Source: an uncultured Gammaproteobacteria bacterium (GTDB lineage Bacteria; Pseudomonadota; Gammaproteobacteria; Xanthomonadales; SZUA-38). From it: a DNA stretch of 45,259 nt. Below the pieces are notes generated by a model that was given only the letters and a program-made list of their open reading frames with translations, searched no databases and was not told the DNA's origin. The stretch spans positions 1 to 45,259 of the forward strand of contig CAZVYE010000006.1 in assembly GCA_964630895.1 (NCBI GenBank), given 5' to 3'. The translations under genes were made by a program, and so were the position numbers. Below are positions 20,578 to 29,971 of the stretch, piece by piece. Each line of letters begins with the position of its first letter. Positions within the stretch are counted from its first letter, which is position 1.

Positions 20578-21171
20578 ATGCATTCTGCGCCAGCTTCAGA
20601 GCGCAAATCTCACTGGCGCCACTTGCCTAATGCCATCACTCTGGCCCGCATTGCTGCGGTCGGTCCGCTAGCCTATTTACTGGCGAATTTTCGCTATGAA
20701 GCAGCACTTTGGTTGACCTTTGTGGCGGGTGCGTCGGACGCGCTTGACGGTTATCTGGCAAAGCGTTTTGACTGGCATACTGCTCTGGGTGGCATGCTGG
20801 ACCCGCTGGCAGACAAGCTCTTGCTGGTGGTTTGCTACATGATGTTCGGCTTCAACGAAGTGCTGCCCTGGTGGTTGTTTTGGTTGGTCGTGGGCCGGGA
20901 CGCAGTAATAATTGCCGGCGCTACGGCTTATCATAATCTGGTCGCACCAGTGAGTAGCGAACCAACACTACTATCCAAGCTCAACACGTTTATGCAGATT
21001 TCTCTGGTGCTATGGATGTTGCTTGCGTTGACCTGGTTGGACGGCTTTGGCTGGTTGAGTGAGCTGTTGATTTGGGTGGTCACCGCAACTACTGTAGGCA
21101 GTGGGCTGCAATACGTTTGGATTTGGGGGCGTCGGGCTATACGGACTGGCGCAAAAACAGCAAAGGGCTGA
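20578..21171 (+). CDS. CDP-alcohol phosphatidyltransferase family protein
   Basis: LPNAITLAR and the family motif SDALDGYLAKR...LGGMLDPLADK. Confidence 0.93.
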   Translation: MHSAPASERKSHWRHLPNAITLARIAAVGPLAYLLANFRYEAALWLTFVAGASDALDGYLAKRFDWHTALGGMLDPLADKLLLVVCYMMFGFNEVLPWWLFWLVVGRDAVIIAGATAYHNLVAPVSSEPTLLSKLNTFMQISLVLWMLLALTWLDGFGWLSELLIWVVTATTVGSGLQYVWIWGRRAIRTGAKTAKG

Positions 21172-21172
21172 C

Positions 21173-22336
21173 ATGGTTTTTACAGAATCACAAAAATGGA
21201 TGACGCTGGCATTGTTCGTGCTGACCGGGTATTTGCTTTACCTGCTGGCACCGGTGCTAACACCGTTTGCGTTTGCGGCAGTGCTTGCATACCTGGGCGA
21301 TCCTGCTGTGGATTGGCTGGAAGAAAGGGGGCTAAGCCGAACGCTAGGCGTGGTGGTGGTATTTCTTATCATTACGCTAATCACTGTTATTGGCTTACTG
21401 GTCATAGTGCCGCTGCTGGAAGAGCAAATCCGCAGTCTGGTGCGCTTGCTGCCAAAATTTGTCGAATGGGCAAAGGGACATGTAGGACCGCTACTGGAGC
21501 GTGTGCAGTCGCCGGATGGTGAGCCTTGGAATGTAGATAAGCTGATTGTAGTCGTGCAAGACCATCTCAAGGAAGCTGGCGGATTCGCGGCTGGTTTGCT
21601 GGGTTCTTTGTCCAAATCTGGACTGGCGATGATCGCCTGGGTGATGAATATGCTGCTGGTTCCAGTAGTAGCATTCTACTTGTTGCGCGACTGGGACATT
21701 TTGGTTGGCAGAGTTCGGGAGCTGTTGCCGAGAAAAATCGAACCCACGGTGATTCATCTGACAAGAGAATCGGATTCGGTGCTTGGTGCGTTTATGCGCG
21801 GTCAGCTAACCGTCATGATCGCTTTGGGTGTCATCTACTCATTGGGACTATGGTTTGTCGGGATCGAGCTATCCCTTCTCATCGGCATGGGAGCCGGACT
21901 GGTCAGTTTTGTGCCATATCTTGGTGCGATCGTTGGTATGGCTGTTGGCGTAATTGCCGCTTTGTTCCAGTTTGGAGACTGGACTCATGTTCTCATGGTG
22001 TTGGCCGTATTCGGGGTCGGGCAGCTGCTGGAAGGTATGATCTTGACGCCCTTGCTGGTTGGTGACCGCATCGGGCTGCACCCGGTAGCAGTGATATTTG
22101 CGGTACTTGCTGGCGGACAGTTGTTTGGATTTCTGGGCGTATTGTTGGCTTTGCCGGTGGCGTCTGTGGCAATGGTGCTGCTGCGATATGCGCATGAGAG
22201 ATACAAACAAAGCGCCATTTATGACACGGCCAAACCGCCAGATGAACAGGTAGAAGCTGAACCGGCTGCGCTGGAGGCTGGAGAGGATTCTGGAGAAGAC
22301 GGGCTAGAGACGAATCCAAGGCCGACTGAACCGTGA
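21173..22336 (+). CDS. AI-2E (PerM) family transporter
   Basis: PVLTPF, FYLLRDW, AFMRGQL, FVPYLG, LTP.LVGDRIGLHPV; start corrected to ATG 21173. Confidence 0.92.
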   Translation: MVFTESQKWMTLALFVLTGYLLYLLAPVLTPFAFAAVLAYLGDPAVDWLEERGLSRTLGVVVVFLIITLITVIGLLVIVPLLEEQIRSLVRLLPKFVEWAKGHVGPLLERVQSPDGEPWNVDKLIVVVQDHLKEAGGFAAGLLGSLSKSGLAMIAWVMNMLLVPVVAFYLLRDWDILVGRVRELLPRKIEPTVIHLTRESDSVLGAFMRGQLTVMIALGVIYSLGLWFVGIELSLLIGMGAGLVSFVPYLGAIVGMAVGVIAALFQFGDWTHVLMVLAVFGVGQLLEGMILTPLLVGDRIGLHPVAVIFAVLAGGQLFGFLGVLLALPVASVAMVLLRYAHERYKQSAIYDTAKPPDEQVEAEPAALEAGEDSGEDGLETNPRPTEP

Positions 22337-23070
22337 ACGCCGTCAGGGACTTGACCCATCAAGGCGTGCTGGATTTGGCGATCCAGCGCGGACAAAGCTT
22401 TGATCACTACGTGTCTGGGCCTAATGGGCTGGCAGTTGCTGCTCTGCGCGAATTGCCTGCGCAGCACGCCGCGAGATATTTCATATATGGCGCGTCCGGA
22501 ACCGGTAAAACCCATCTGCTCAATGCCATGTGCAAACAGCAGCAGGATATGGGTCAAACTGCCATGTTGGTCACGCCTTCCTTGCTGGCAGAGCAAGCCG
22601 CCGCGTTGGTTGAGTGTATCGACACGTTGTCACTGATCGCTTTTGACGACATTCATGAAATCGCTGGGCTTGCAGCGCAGGAAGAGGCCCTTTTCCACAT
22701 CTATAATCGGGCTAAACGAAGCAACGTACATTTCATCGCGGCCGCTCGAGAAAAACCCGCGAACGTCGGCTTTGCGCTGCCGGATCTGCAATCCCGCTTA
22801 AATTGGGGCAATTTGTTCCAACTGCGTAGTCTAGACGATGCTGGACGCAAAGAGCTGTTGCGTAATCGGGCAGCTGACAGAGGTATCATTCTCAGCGATC
22901 AGGTCATCGATTATGTATTGCGACGAGCGGACCGGGATACCTCCAGTCTTATGGAGCTAATTCGACAACTGGATGAGCTGAGTTTGTCGCAAAAGCGCAG
23001 AATTACAGTACCGCTTGTCCGTGCAGTATTGGCTGCGCCTACTGAAAGCGCCCACTCACGCAGCGAGTAG
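22333..23070 (+). CDS. hda: DnaA regulatory inactivator Hda
   Basis: SFDHYV.GPN, GASGTGKTHLL, EEALFHIYNR, LPDLQSRLNWG, RRITVPLVR; synteny with purM and AI-2E. Confidence 0.92.
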   Translation: MNAVRDLTHQGVLDLAIQRGQSFDHYVSGPNGLAVAALRELPAQHAARYFIYGASGTGKTHLLNAMCKQQQDMGQTAMLVTPSLLAEQAAALVECIDTLSLIAFDDIHEIAGLAAQEEALFHIYNRAKRSNVHFIAAAREKPANVGFALPDLQSRLNWGNLFQLRSLDDAGRKELLRNRAADRGIILSDQVIDYVLRRADRDTSSLMELIRQLDELSLSQKRRITVPLVRAVLAAPTESAHSRSE

Positions 23071-23079
23071 CTAGGCCCA

Positions 23080-23769
23080 CTAATCACACTGGTCTCTCGT
23101 TTGACTTCGAAAATACGATCTTGCAGCGTCTAATCGAGCCCAGTTGCCGGTATCGTGCCAGACGCCATGATGCAGCTCCCCTGAAATTTGTCTCTGATCT
23201 ATCGCCGCGCGCAGCAAAGGCACAATAGAGAACGCTTTTTCCCGGTGGTGTCGGACAAGCTCTGGTCGATACAGACCAATCCCCGCAAAGGTGAATCCTG
23301 GTTGCGCCGACTGTGTCACCAGGTGCTGTTCCAATCCAAAATCGCCGGTGGATTTCCAACCTGGATTATTGATCAATATAAGATGTGCCAAAGCATTTTT
23401 GAGGTCCAGCTGAGTAAGCGGGGAAAAATCAAAATCCGTGACGATGTCAGAATTGACCACTATGAAGGGCTCATCATGGAAGTAGTCCAAGGCGTGCGCC
23501 ATGGCGCCGCCCGTGTCGAGTGGGATTGGCCCTTCATAAGAATGGCGGATTCTGACACCCCAGCTACGGCCAGAGCCCACATACCGTTGAACTTGCGCGG
23601 CCAAATGCGCTGAGTTAATCACAATGTCCTGGCAACCTGCGTCTGCGAGTTGACTTATCAGGCGGCTAATTAACGGCTCGCCACCTACGTGTACCAGCGG
23701 CTTTGGTACATAGTGAGTGGTAGGTTGTAGGCGCTTTCCGTAGCCCGCTGCGAGAATTAAAGCGCGCAC
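23080..23769 (-). CDS. murU: N-acetylmuramate alpha-1-phosphate uridylyltransferase
   Basis: RALILAAGYGKRL.P.T..VPKPL, LDTGG, VNSDI, GDF, FAGIGLYRP, W.D.G; GTG start overlapping amgK. Confidence 0.88.
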   Translation of the reverse strand: MRALILAAGYGKRLQPTTHYVPKPLVHVGGEPLISRLISQLADAGCQDIVINSAHLAAQVQRYVGSGRSWGVRIRHSYEGPIPLDTGGAMAHALDYFHDEPFIVVNSDIVTDFDFSPLTQLDLKNALAHLILINNPGWKSTGDFGLEQHLVTQSAQPGFTFAGIGLYRPELVRHHREKAFSIVPLLRAAIDQRQISGELHHGVWHDTGNWARLDAARSYFRSQTRDQCD

Positions 23770-24773
23770 AGGGAATGCTTGAACCTGGGTAGAATTTCTT
23801 GGTCGACCCATTCACCGAACGCGTTCAGCTCGGGATATTTGGCGCTGGAATCCACCACATAGGACAGCGTGCGTGGAACGTCTTGCAGGTAGCTCGACTT
23901 GCCGTCACGATGATTGAGGCGGCAGAAAATTCCAGCAGCCTTGAGGTGCCGCTGAATCCCCATCAGGTCAAACCAGCGATCCCAGTCGTCCACCGAGATT
24001 TCCTCGCTCCGATGACCGTTCACCATATCCAGGAACATGTGCGACCAGGTGTTTACCTGCTCGTCTGGCCATCGGACATAACAGTCTCGCAGCAGCGAGA
24101 CCGCATCATAGGTGACAGGTCCTTTCACCGCGTCTTGAAAATCAATAATGCCGGGATGGTCAGGATTGTCCGGGTTGTACATCAGGTTTCTGGAATGATA
24201 GTCGCGATGCACAAATACCTGTTGTTGGTTTATTGCATTTTGGACGAGTCGCTGTTGTATGGTCTGCCAGTCAGAAAACTGATCTGTGGCCAGATGCCTG
24301 TCTACCAGCCAATCTGAGAACAATGCAAGTTCATTTAGCAGCAGCGCCTCGTCGTACTCGGGCAGGCCATCAGGGTTGATTTGTTGCATCGTGATTAACG
24401 CGCGCAGCGCCGACTCGTACAGATCGTTCGCGGTCTCTTGGTCAAGCAGCGATGCCAGCTGGGTGTCCCCCAGATCTTCTAGCAACAAGTACCCGGCGTC
24501 TAAATCGGAAGCAAAAATTTGTGGGGCAAATAAGCCCGCGCCACGCAGCTTGCGATCGACGTAGATAAACGGTTTGCTGTCTTCTTTGTCCGGTGGAGCA
24601 TCCATCAGAATGTAACTGGGGTGGTCTGGATGGCTCAGTCGCCAATAGGAACGAAAGCTGGCATCACTGCTTGCAGGTGATAGCGACCAGGCTTCGCCGA
24701 GCTTGGACTTAACCCATCTCTGACGGGCTTGGGCAGGGTTGAACTCTTCTGGAGTGGCCAACGGATAATCCAA
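23757..24773 (-). CDS. amgK: Anomeric MurNAc/GlcNAc kinase (aminoglycoside phosphotransferase fold)
   Basis: ASSDASFRSYWR, MDAPP, LLLEDLG, VHRDYHSRNLM, IDFQDA, YDAVSLLRDCY, QRHLKAAGIFCRL..RDGK..Y. Confidence 0.93.
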   Translation of the reverse strand: MDYPLATPEEFNPAQARQRWVKSKLGEAWSLSPASSDASFRSYWRLSHPDHPSYILMDAPPDKEDSKPFIYVDRKLRGAGLFAPQIFASDLDAGYLLLEDLGDTQLASLLDQETANDLYESALRALITMQQINPDGLPEYDEALLLNELALFSDWLVDRHLATDQFSDWQTIQQRLVQNAINQQQVFVHRDYHSRNLMYNPDNPDHPGIIDFQDAVKGPVTYDAVSLLRDCYVRWPDEQVNTWSHMFLDMVNGHRSEEISVDDWDRWFDLMGIQRHLKAAGIFCRLNHRDGKSSYLQDVPRTLSYVVDSSAKYPELNAFGEWVDQEILPRFKHSLCAL

Positions 24774-24832
24774 CGTTTGTTTTGTAGTAGTTTATCGAAA
24801 GCCGGACTCAGAGGGCACCCAGCTATAAAGCT

Positions 24833-25306
24833 TTAATTTGTCTCTTGGCCGTTTGTGATTTCCACACGTCCAGTGAGCGACGATTCATCGGGAATCAAAT
24901 TTCCTTCCTCATCCATATAGTCATGATCACCCACTACAATGCGCGCCAAGTCCGGTGATCGGGCATCTGATCGTATGTTTACGTTCAGCGTGCCGATGCT
25001 AAAGTTTGGTAGCGGTCCATCGCCGGAAGCGGTTAAAACAATGCTGTCGTCGCCGTTGGTCTGGCAGGTCAACGAGACTCCGTTGATATCGCTGCAGTTG
25101 CTCACAGTAACTTCCATTTGTGAGTTATCAAAGTCTAGCTGTACCGTAAAAGTCTGCACGTTTCCGGTCTGGTTTTGAAACGTCATGTCTAGAATGATTT
25201 CTTCCCCAGGATTGCCGCCGCCAGAAGTAACCATAACGCCTGCGATGGTGGGCAAAGACAGGCAGACTGCCAATAGTGCTGCTCCGAATTGGGTTAGTGA
25301 ACGCAT
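24833..25306 (-). CDS. Secreted single-domain protein, cohesin-like beta-sandwich
   Basis: Signal peptide; G.PGE.I.L...F, V..F...L.FD...M, IGTL.V.I and terminal G.VEI follow the cohesin strand pattern; one Cys pair. Confidence 0.55.
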   Translation of the reverse strand: MRSLTQFGAALLAVCLSLPTIAGVMVTSGGGNPGEEIILDMTFQNQTGNVQTFTVQLDFDNSQMEVTVSNCSDINGVSLTCQTNGDDSIVLTASGDGPLPNFSIGTLNVNIRSDARSPDLARIVVGDHDYMDEEGNLIPDESSLTGRVEITNGQETN

Positions 25307-25356
25307 AGCTTATCTCCAAGATTTGTTGATCGGATGCTAGCAGCTTCGGCATCTAC

Positions 25357-26739
25357 TCAAAGTGGAGGCAGCGGCGGAACGCAGGGGTACTCGCGTATGG
25401 CGTGTCGCATGAGCCACTTTTCACCCTGAACTACAGGCAATCCGGAATGCAGTGATTTCGGGTCTGCCGCGCCGTCTTCGGTAACGTTGCGATGCACTAG
25501 GCCCTGGCCGTCCTGCCAGGACAGTTTCAACCCGGCCGCGGGGTACTCGGTTTGACCGCCAACTTCAGGTGCAAGCAAGCAGCCCAGTACCGTGTGAGTC
25601 CTTTGACCACCAGGGTCTCCTAGAACCTGCTCATTGTGCTGGAGTTGTGCTTCGTTAAAGGCGTCAATGTGCGGCTCGTACTTTTCTTCATGCTGGTAGC
25701 GAATGATAGAGCCTGGCTCAAATTGTGAAACAGACACGCCCATACGGTCGGCAATATCGTGCATGAATCGCGCGGAAACCAAATTGGACTCTGCTTGCAA
25801 CATATCCAAGCCCTGTCCGGTAAATAGCAATGCGTCGGCGTACGCATGACCCGTTCGGTAAGATTCTGGTAGAGCCAGTTCTGCGCTAACCAGATGAATT
25901 AGGTAGGCGCAATCGACAATATCCAAGGCGTTGTCTATGACTATCACTTGCGGAGACTCACTCACAGTCCGGCTGCTCGCGCTGGTGGGCCGACTTGGAA
26001 CAATGTTGGCAAACAGAGACGCGCAACTGGTTTCTTCTTCGAGTTGATTCAGGGAGCTTAGTAATTGTTCTCCGATGCGGTTGGCAGTGACGTCATCATG
26101 AGCGCTCGCGAGCTGTTCTCTAAGCGGCCGATTGTCGGCAAACCATTGTTTTAGTGCAGCGTACGCAGCATTGGACTGGGCAAGTCGATCCGCCGGCCAG
26201 TTGGCCTTGATATAGCTGGCTAAATAGACGCCCGCGTCGGACGCTCGCAACAAGAGTGCGTCGCGAAGCTCAGTAGATTCCAAAGGCAATTGGGACAGGA
26301 AGAAATAAGATTGCGCATGACCCAGGGCCAGGTTGTATTTCAATAATTGCCCGGCTTTCTCCCATTGATATGCTGAGGCATTGGCCTCGTGAGCTAAATG
26401 GTAGGCAATATTCCAATTGATACTGGGGAATGGCACCAACCCAAAGTTGTCGCGCATGGATTGCAGGTTTTCGCGACGTTGAGGAGTGCCACCTTGCAAC
26501 ATATCCAGCTCCAACAGGCTGTCCAAAGCGCCCGGATGGTCATGCTGAGCAGCTTGAATTAACCAGTCCCATGCTGATTCCATGGCCGCCTCGTCCCGGC
26601 TTCGAGCGAGCATAGTACCCAATTGCCAGCAGGCCTGTGGATCACCTTCACTAGCAGCCTTGTGCAACGCTACCAAGTCTGGTGTTGCCAACTGGTTTGT
26701 ATCGTTGTCCTGTTCGCGGATTGTGGAGCTGTGCACCAT
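25357..26739 (-). CDS. Sel1-repeat / prolyl 4-hydroxylase-like 2OG-Fe(II) dioxygenase
   Basis: N-terminal Sel1-like AA..GDPQACWQLG...W..QAA; C-terminal RY...EKYEPHID, GGQR..T...L, GGQT.YP, SLHSGLPV..GEKW (HxD...H triad). Confidence 0.85.
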   Translation of the reverse strand: MVHSSTIREQDNDTNQLATPDLVALHKAASEGDPQACWQLGTMLARSRDEAAMESAWDWLIQAAQHDHPGALDSLLELDMLQGGTPQRRENLQSMRDNFGLVPFPSINWNIAYHLAHEANASAYQWEKAGQLLKYNLALGHAQSYFFLSQLPLESTELRDALLLRASDAGVYLASYIKANWPADRLAQSNAAYAALKQWFADNRPLREQLASAHDDVTANRIGEQLLSSLNQLEEETSCASLFANIVPSRPTSASSRTVSESPQVIVIDNALDIVDCAYLIHLVSAELALPESYRTGHAYADALLFTGQGLDMLQAESNLVSARFMHDIADRMGVSVSQFEPGSIIRYQHEEKYEPHIDAFNEAQLQHNEQVLGDPGGQRTHTVLGCLLAPEVGGQTEYPAAGLKLSWQDGQGLVHRNVTEDGAADPKSLHSGLPVVQGEKWLMRHAIREYPCVPPLPPL

Positions 26740-26896
26740 ACGGGTTCCTGTTCTATTCGCACGTTGTGACAAAATGATCACTATGAGACCTTACATTAGC
26801 GCCAGCAGTTGTCAGAGTCCTCTGCGGGCCTTTGTGTGACCAAGATTTGACTGGCAGCAATACGTTCAACGCTAATTCGGGAGCGGAATTCAATTT

Positions 26897-27478
26897 ATGG
26901 CAACCCAAGAACTCACGGAAATGCTCGACCAACTCGATGACATCGATGGTAACGAAGTCACCATGCAGGAAATTTTGAAAACCTTTTCGCATCGAGGTTT
27001 TGGTGCCCTGATTTTGATACCAGCGCTGATTGTCTTGCTGCCTACCGGTATTTTGCCAGGGGTGGCAACCATATGTGCGATTTTTATTGTGCTAGTAATG
27101 TCCCAACTGCTTTTTGGGCGGGATCATCCTTGGTTGCCAGAACAACTGAGAAACTTGAGCCTGCCCCATGACAGGGTGAGCCGGTCTGTTGAGCGGGCCC
27201 GGCCAGTAACAAAGAGGATAGATAGAATAATCAAACCGAGATTGTCTTACCTAGACAACACGATGTCTCGAAGAATAGTAGCGCTGCTTTCCATGTTCAT
27301 CGCCATTACCATGATACCGCTGGAACTCGTCCCATTCGCGGTCGTCATTCCAGCTGGATTGTTGGTGATACTTTCACTCGCCTTGGTAGCAGACGACGGC
27401 GTGGTGCTTGTTGTTGGCTTTGTATTAACGCTGATGGCGCTTTGGTTCGGAGTCGCCCAGTGGCCTTGGCTTGAATAA
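26897..27478 (+). CDS. exoD: Exopolysaccharide synthesis ExoD family membrane protein
   Basis: RGFGALILIPAL, P.G.LPG, QLLFGR.HPWLP, IKPRL, PLELVPF, DDG. Confidence 0.9.
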   Translation: MATQELTEMLDQLDDIDGNEVTMQEILKTFSHRGFGALILIPALIVLLPTGILPGVATICAIFIVLVMSQLLFGRDHPWLPEQLRNLSLPHDRVSRSVERARPVTKRIDRIIKPRLSYLDNTMSRRIVALLSMFIAITMIPLELVPFAVVIPAGLLVILSLALVADDGVVLVVGFVLTLMALWFGVAQWPWLE

Positions 27479-27638
27479 TCTCCGCGCTGTTGATTGATCG
27501 AATTTCTGTTAACTCGGGTTAATGATAAATGTGATTTTCATTCTGCATGAGAGAATTTCCGCCTAGACGGCACTAATTACACAACTGGTAGCTTTTGGGA
27601 GGTGCTGCCGTAGTCGGTGCTTAGGTGGAGATGTTGAT

Positions 27639-29222
27639 ATGACACTGCTGAGCCGGCTCATCATGGCAATTTTAGTCGTCTTAATTGCGGCTGGATTTTG
27701 CGGGTGGGCAGTTCATTCCCAATGGTTGCAAACAACCCCTGCGTTGTTTCTATTGACCACCACAATTTGTGCTGTCTTGGTTTTCCTTTTTGCGCTACCT
27801 GCGTGGCGTTTGACGCGTCTGCGACAAGAGCTGAAAGATATAGACGTAGCCAACGCTCATATTGACCCAGAATGGGCGGAGAAATTTAGCGGCGATCTTG
27901 CCGTGGTCGTAGAAGGCATCACCAAATTAAATCACGAGGTGGAGCAGCGCCGACAACTTCTTGCCGAGCATATGCAGGATTTGGAGTTCACCGTCGAACG
28001 ACGCACCGCTGAACTAAGCACCGAATTGGAAAAGATCAATTCGGGTATTGCCCATTTGCCTGCTCCTGTTCTCCATTTCAATACCTGGGGCGGACTCGAA
28101 TATGTAAATCAGGCTGCGCGTGAATTACTGGGTATAGCGGAAGACCAGCAAGTAGACGACTTTGCTGAGGAAATTCTCGACCCGGAGTCAGCAGACATAC
28201 TGCAAAATGCCATGGCCAATCTGCGCGAAGGCGATACCGTAAGCGGTCAACAAATCAATTTGTGCCGCCCTAGTGGTCGTGTCGTTGAGTGCATTGGGGC
28301 TTTTGACTTTGACGAGACAAACCCTGGGGCTGAAGTCCGTTTGGTTTTAATGGATATCACCAGTTTGCAGTGCAAGCGCCGAGCGCTGAAGAGCCGTGTG
28401 GCGATGGCTAGCACCTTTGTAGAGCATAGCCCGGCACCGGTAGCGATTCTGGATAATCGATTGCGCTGTGTCACGGCCACCGAGGCCTGGTGTCGTTTGG
28501 TTGGAAAGACCAGCAAGAACATCAAGGGATACAAGCTTTTAGAATCCCTTAGCCCCCCAGTAGCGAAAATATTTGAAGGCGCCTTGCAAGGGCGCGAGGG
28601 TCAGGTGGAGTGCGAGTTCGTTACCGCCAAGGGCGTCGCGGAGACGGTGCGCTGGATGGTGCGGCCATGGCGTCGCCACACCGAAGAAATAGCTGGCGTG
28701 GTTGCGGTTATGGAAGTAATGACGCTGCGCCGCCAGCATGAACGCCAGCTCAGGAGGCTAGCGGATGTGGATGCGCTCACTGACCTGCCAAATCGACGCA
28801 AGCTGTATGAAACGTTGGAAAAACTCATTGCGGAGCAGAAGACTTTTGGGATGGTTTTTGTCGATCTGGATGGCTTTAAGAGCGTCAACGACGAACACGG
28901 TCATTTGGTGGGTGATAAAGTGCTTTGCCGAGTCGCCGCACGACTGCGGGAGTTTGCTAATCGGGAAATGTTTACGGCGCGACTGGCAGGTGATGAGTTC
29001 GTTCTGATTGACGAATCTACCACCACCGAAAAACAGCTGGATTCGTTGGTCGGACAGGTAGAAAACTTCATGACACAAACCTACCGTATCAATGGTACGT
29101 CTGTCCTGCTGGGTGCAAGTGTAGGTGGCTCTCTGGCGGGACAGGACGACGATCCAGAATCGCTATTACAACGCGCCGATAAGGCAATGTATTCCCAAAA
29201 ACTCTTGCATCGCACGGCGTAA
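27639..29222 (+). CDS. Membrane-anchored PAS-PAS diguanylate cyclase (AGDEF variant)
   Basis: Two N-terminal TMs, coiled coil (VERRT.EL), two PAS-like regions, D.LT.LPNRR, FVDLDGFKSVND.HGH.VGD, RLAGDEF, ADKAMY. Confidence 0.92.
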   Translation: MTLLSRLIMAILVVLIAAGFCGWAVHSQWLQTTPALFLLTTTICAVLVFLFALPAWRLTRLRQELKDIDVANAHIDPEWAEKFSGDLAVVVEGITKLNHEVEQRRQLLAEHMQDLEFTVERRTAELSTELEKINSGIAHLPAPVLHFNTWGGLEYVNQAARELLGIAEDQQVDDFAEEILDPESADILQNAMANLREGDTVSGQQINLCRPSGRVVECIGAFDFDETNPGAEVRLVLMDITSLQCKRRALKSRVAMASTFVEHSPAPVAILDNRLRCVTATEAWCRLVGKTSKNIKGYKLLESLSPPVAKIFEGALQGREGQVECEFVTAKGVAETVRWMVRPWRRHTEEIAGVVAVMEVMTLRRQHERQLRRLADVDALTDLPNRRKLYETLEKLIAEQKTFGMVFVDLDGFKSVNDEHGHLVGDKVLCRVAARLREFANREMFTARLAGDEFVLIDESTTTEKQLDSLVGQVENFMTQTYRINGTSVLLGASVGGSLAGQDDDPESLLQRADKAMYSQKLLHRTA

Positions 29223-29263
29223 AGGTATCGGTTAGGTCTAGGCCGCATCTAAGCAACTGCGAC

Positions 29264-29773
29264 TCAATCTTGCACCTTGGGCTGAATGTTGTGGACGACT
29301 CGGCGAATGGTAGTGAAAAGCATCAGTACCGTACTGATTAACACCCCGGTTAAAAACGCTTCTAGAAAAACCAAAACGTGATAGAGCACGGGATAGTAAT
29401 TTTCCGGAATGTTTTCGAACTCGCCAATAGGCAGGCTCAGCGCCATCAATAACATGATCGCCGTGCACAAAGTAACCGTGCTCAACAATCCAATGATGTT
29501 GATACGTTCGTAAATGCCTTTGTCAAAATTGTCTTCGGTCTTATGCGTCAGTCCGGTTAATGTGAGCATAAGTGCAAGAATCGTGGCAGAAGCTGTCGCT
29601 ACTGCCGCCCCAAAATACAAGCCCGAATCTGCTAGTGCATTAATAAGTTGTTCGGCTTTTGCACTGCTGTATACATTGCCTACGAGATAGCGGCCGATGA
29701 GGCTTGTGACGATCACAAACCCGCCCGCAAACCATATCCAGCGATCTTGCAGCAGTCTCCTGGTCCAACTCAT
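29264..29773 (-). CDS. Hypothetical membrane protein (about 4 TM)
   Basis: 169-aa ORF with four hydrophobic segments filling the gap; no family recognised. Confidence 0.7.
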   Translation of the reverse strand: MSWTRRLLQDRWIWFAGGFVIVTSLIGRYLVGNVYSSAKAEQLINALADSGLYFGAAVATASATILALMLTLTGLTHKTEDNFDKGIYERINIIGLLSTVTLCTAIMLLMALSLPIGEFENIPENYYPVLYHVLVFLEAFLTGVLISTVLMLFTTIRRVVHNIQPKVQD

Positions 29774-29971
29774 GCCAAGGGTCTAAATTTTAAGGGGCCT
29801 CGTATCTTAAAGGCCGCTATGTGAATGAAAAATCAGTAAGTTTTTATATTTTTTGCGTTAGCCGAAGAGTGCGTCCAATGTACGAGCAGCGGTCCAAGGC
29901 TGAAACCACATTTTCCAGGTTGGAGAGTTTGGCAAAATGAGTTTGATTTACTGCTGAAGCTATACAAGCCG

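Noticed and set aside
27518-27542. AT-rich imperfect palindrome upstream of the diguanylate cyclase (Fur- or CRP-like)
   Set aside because: Only partial matches to either consensus.
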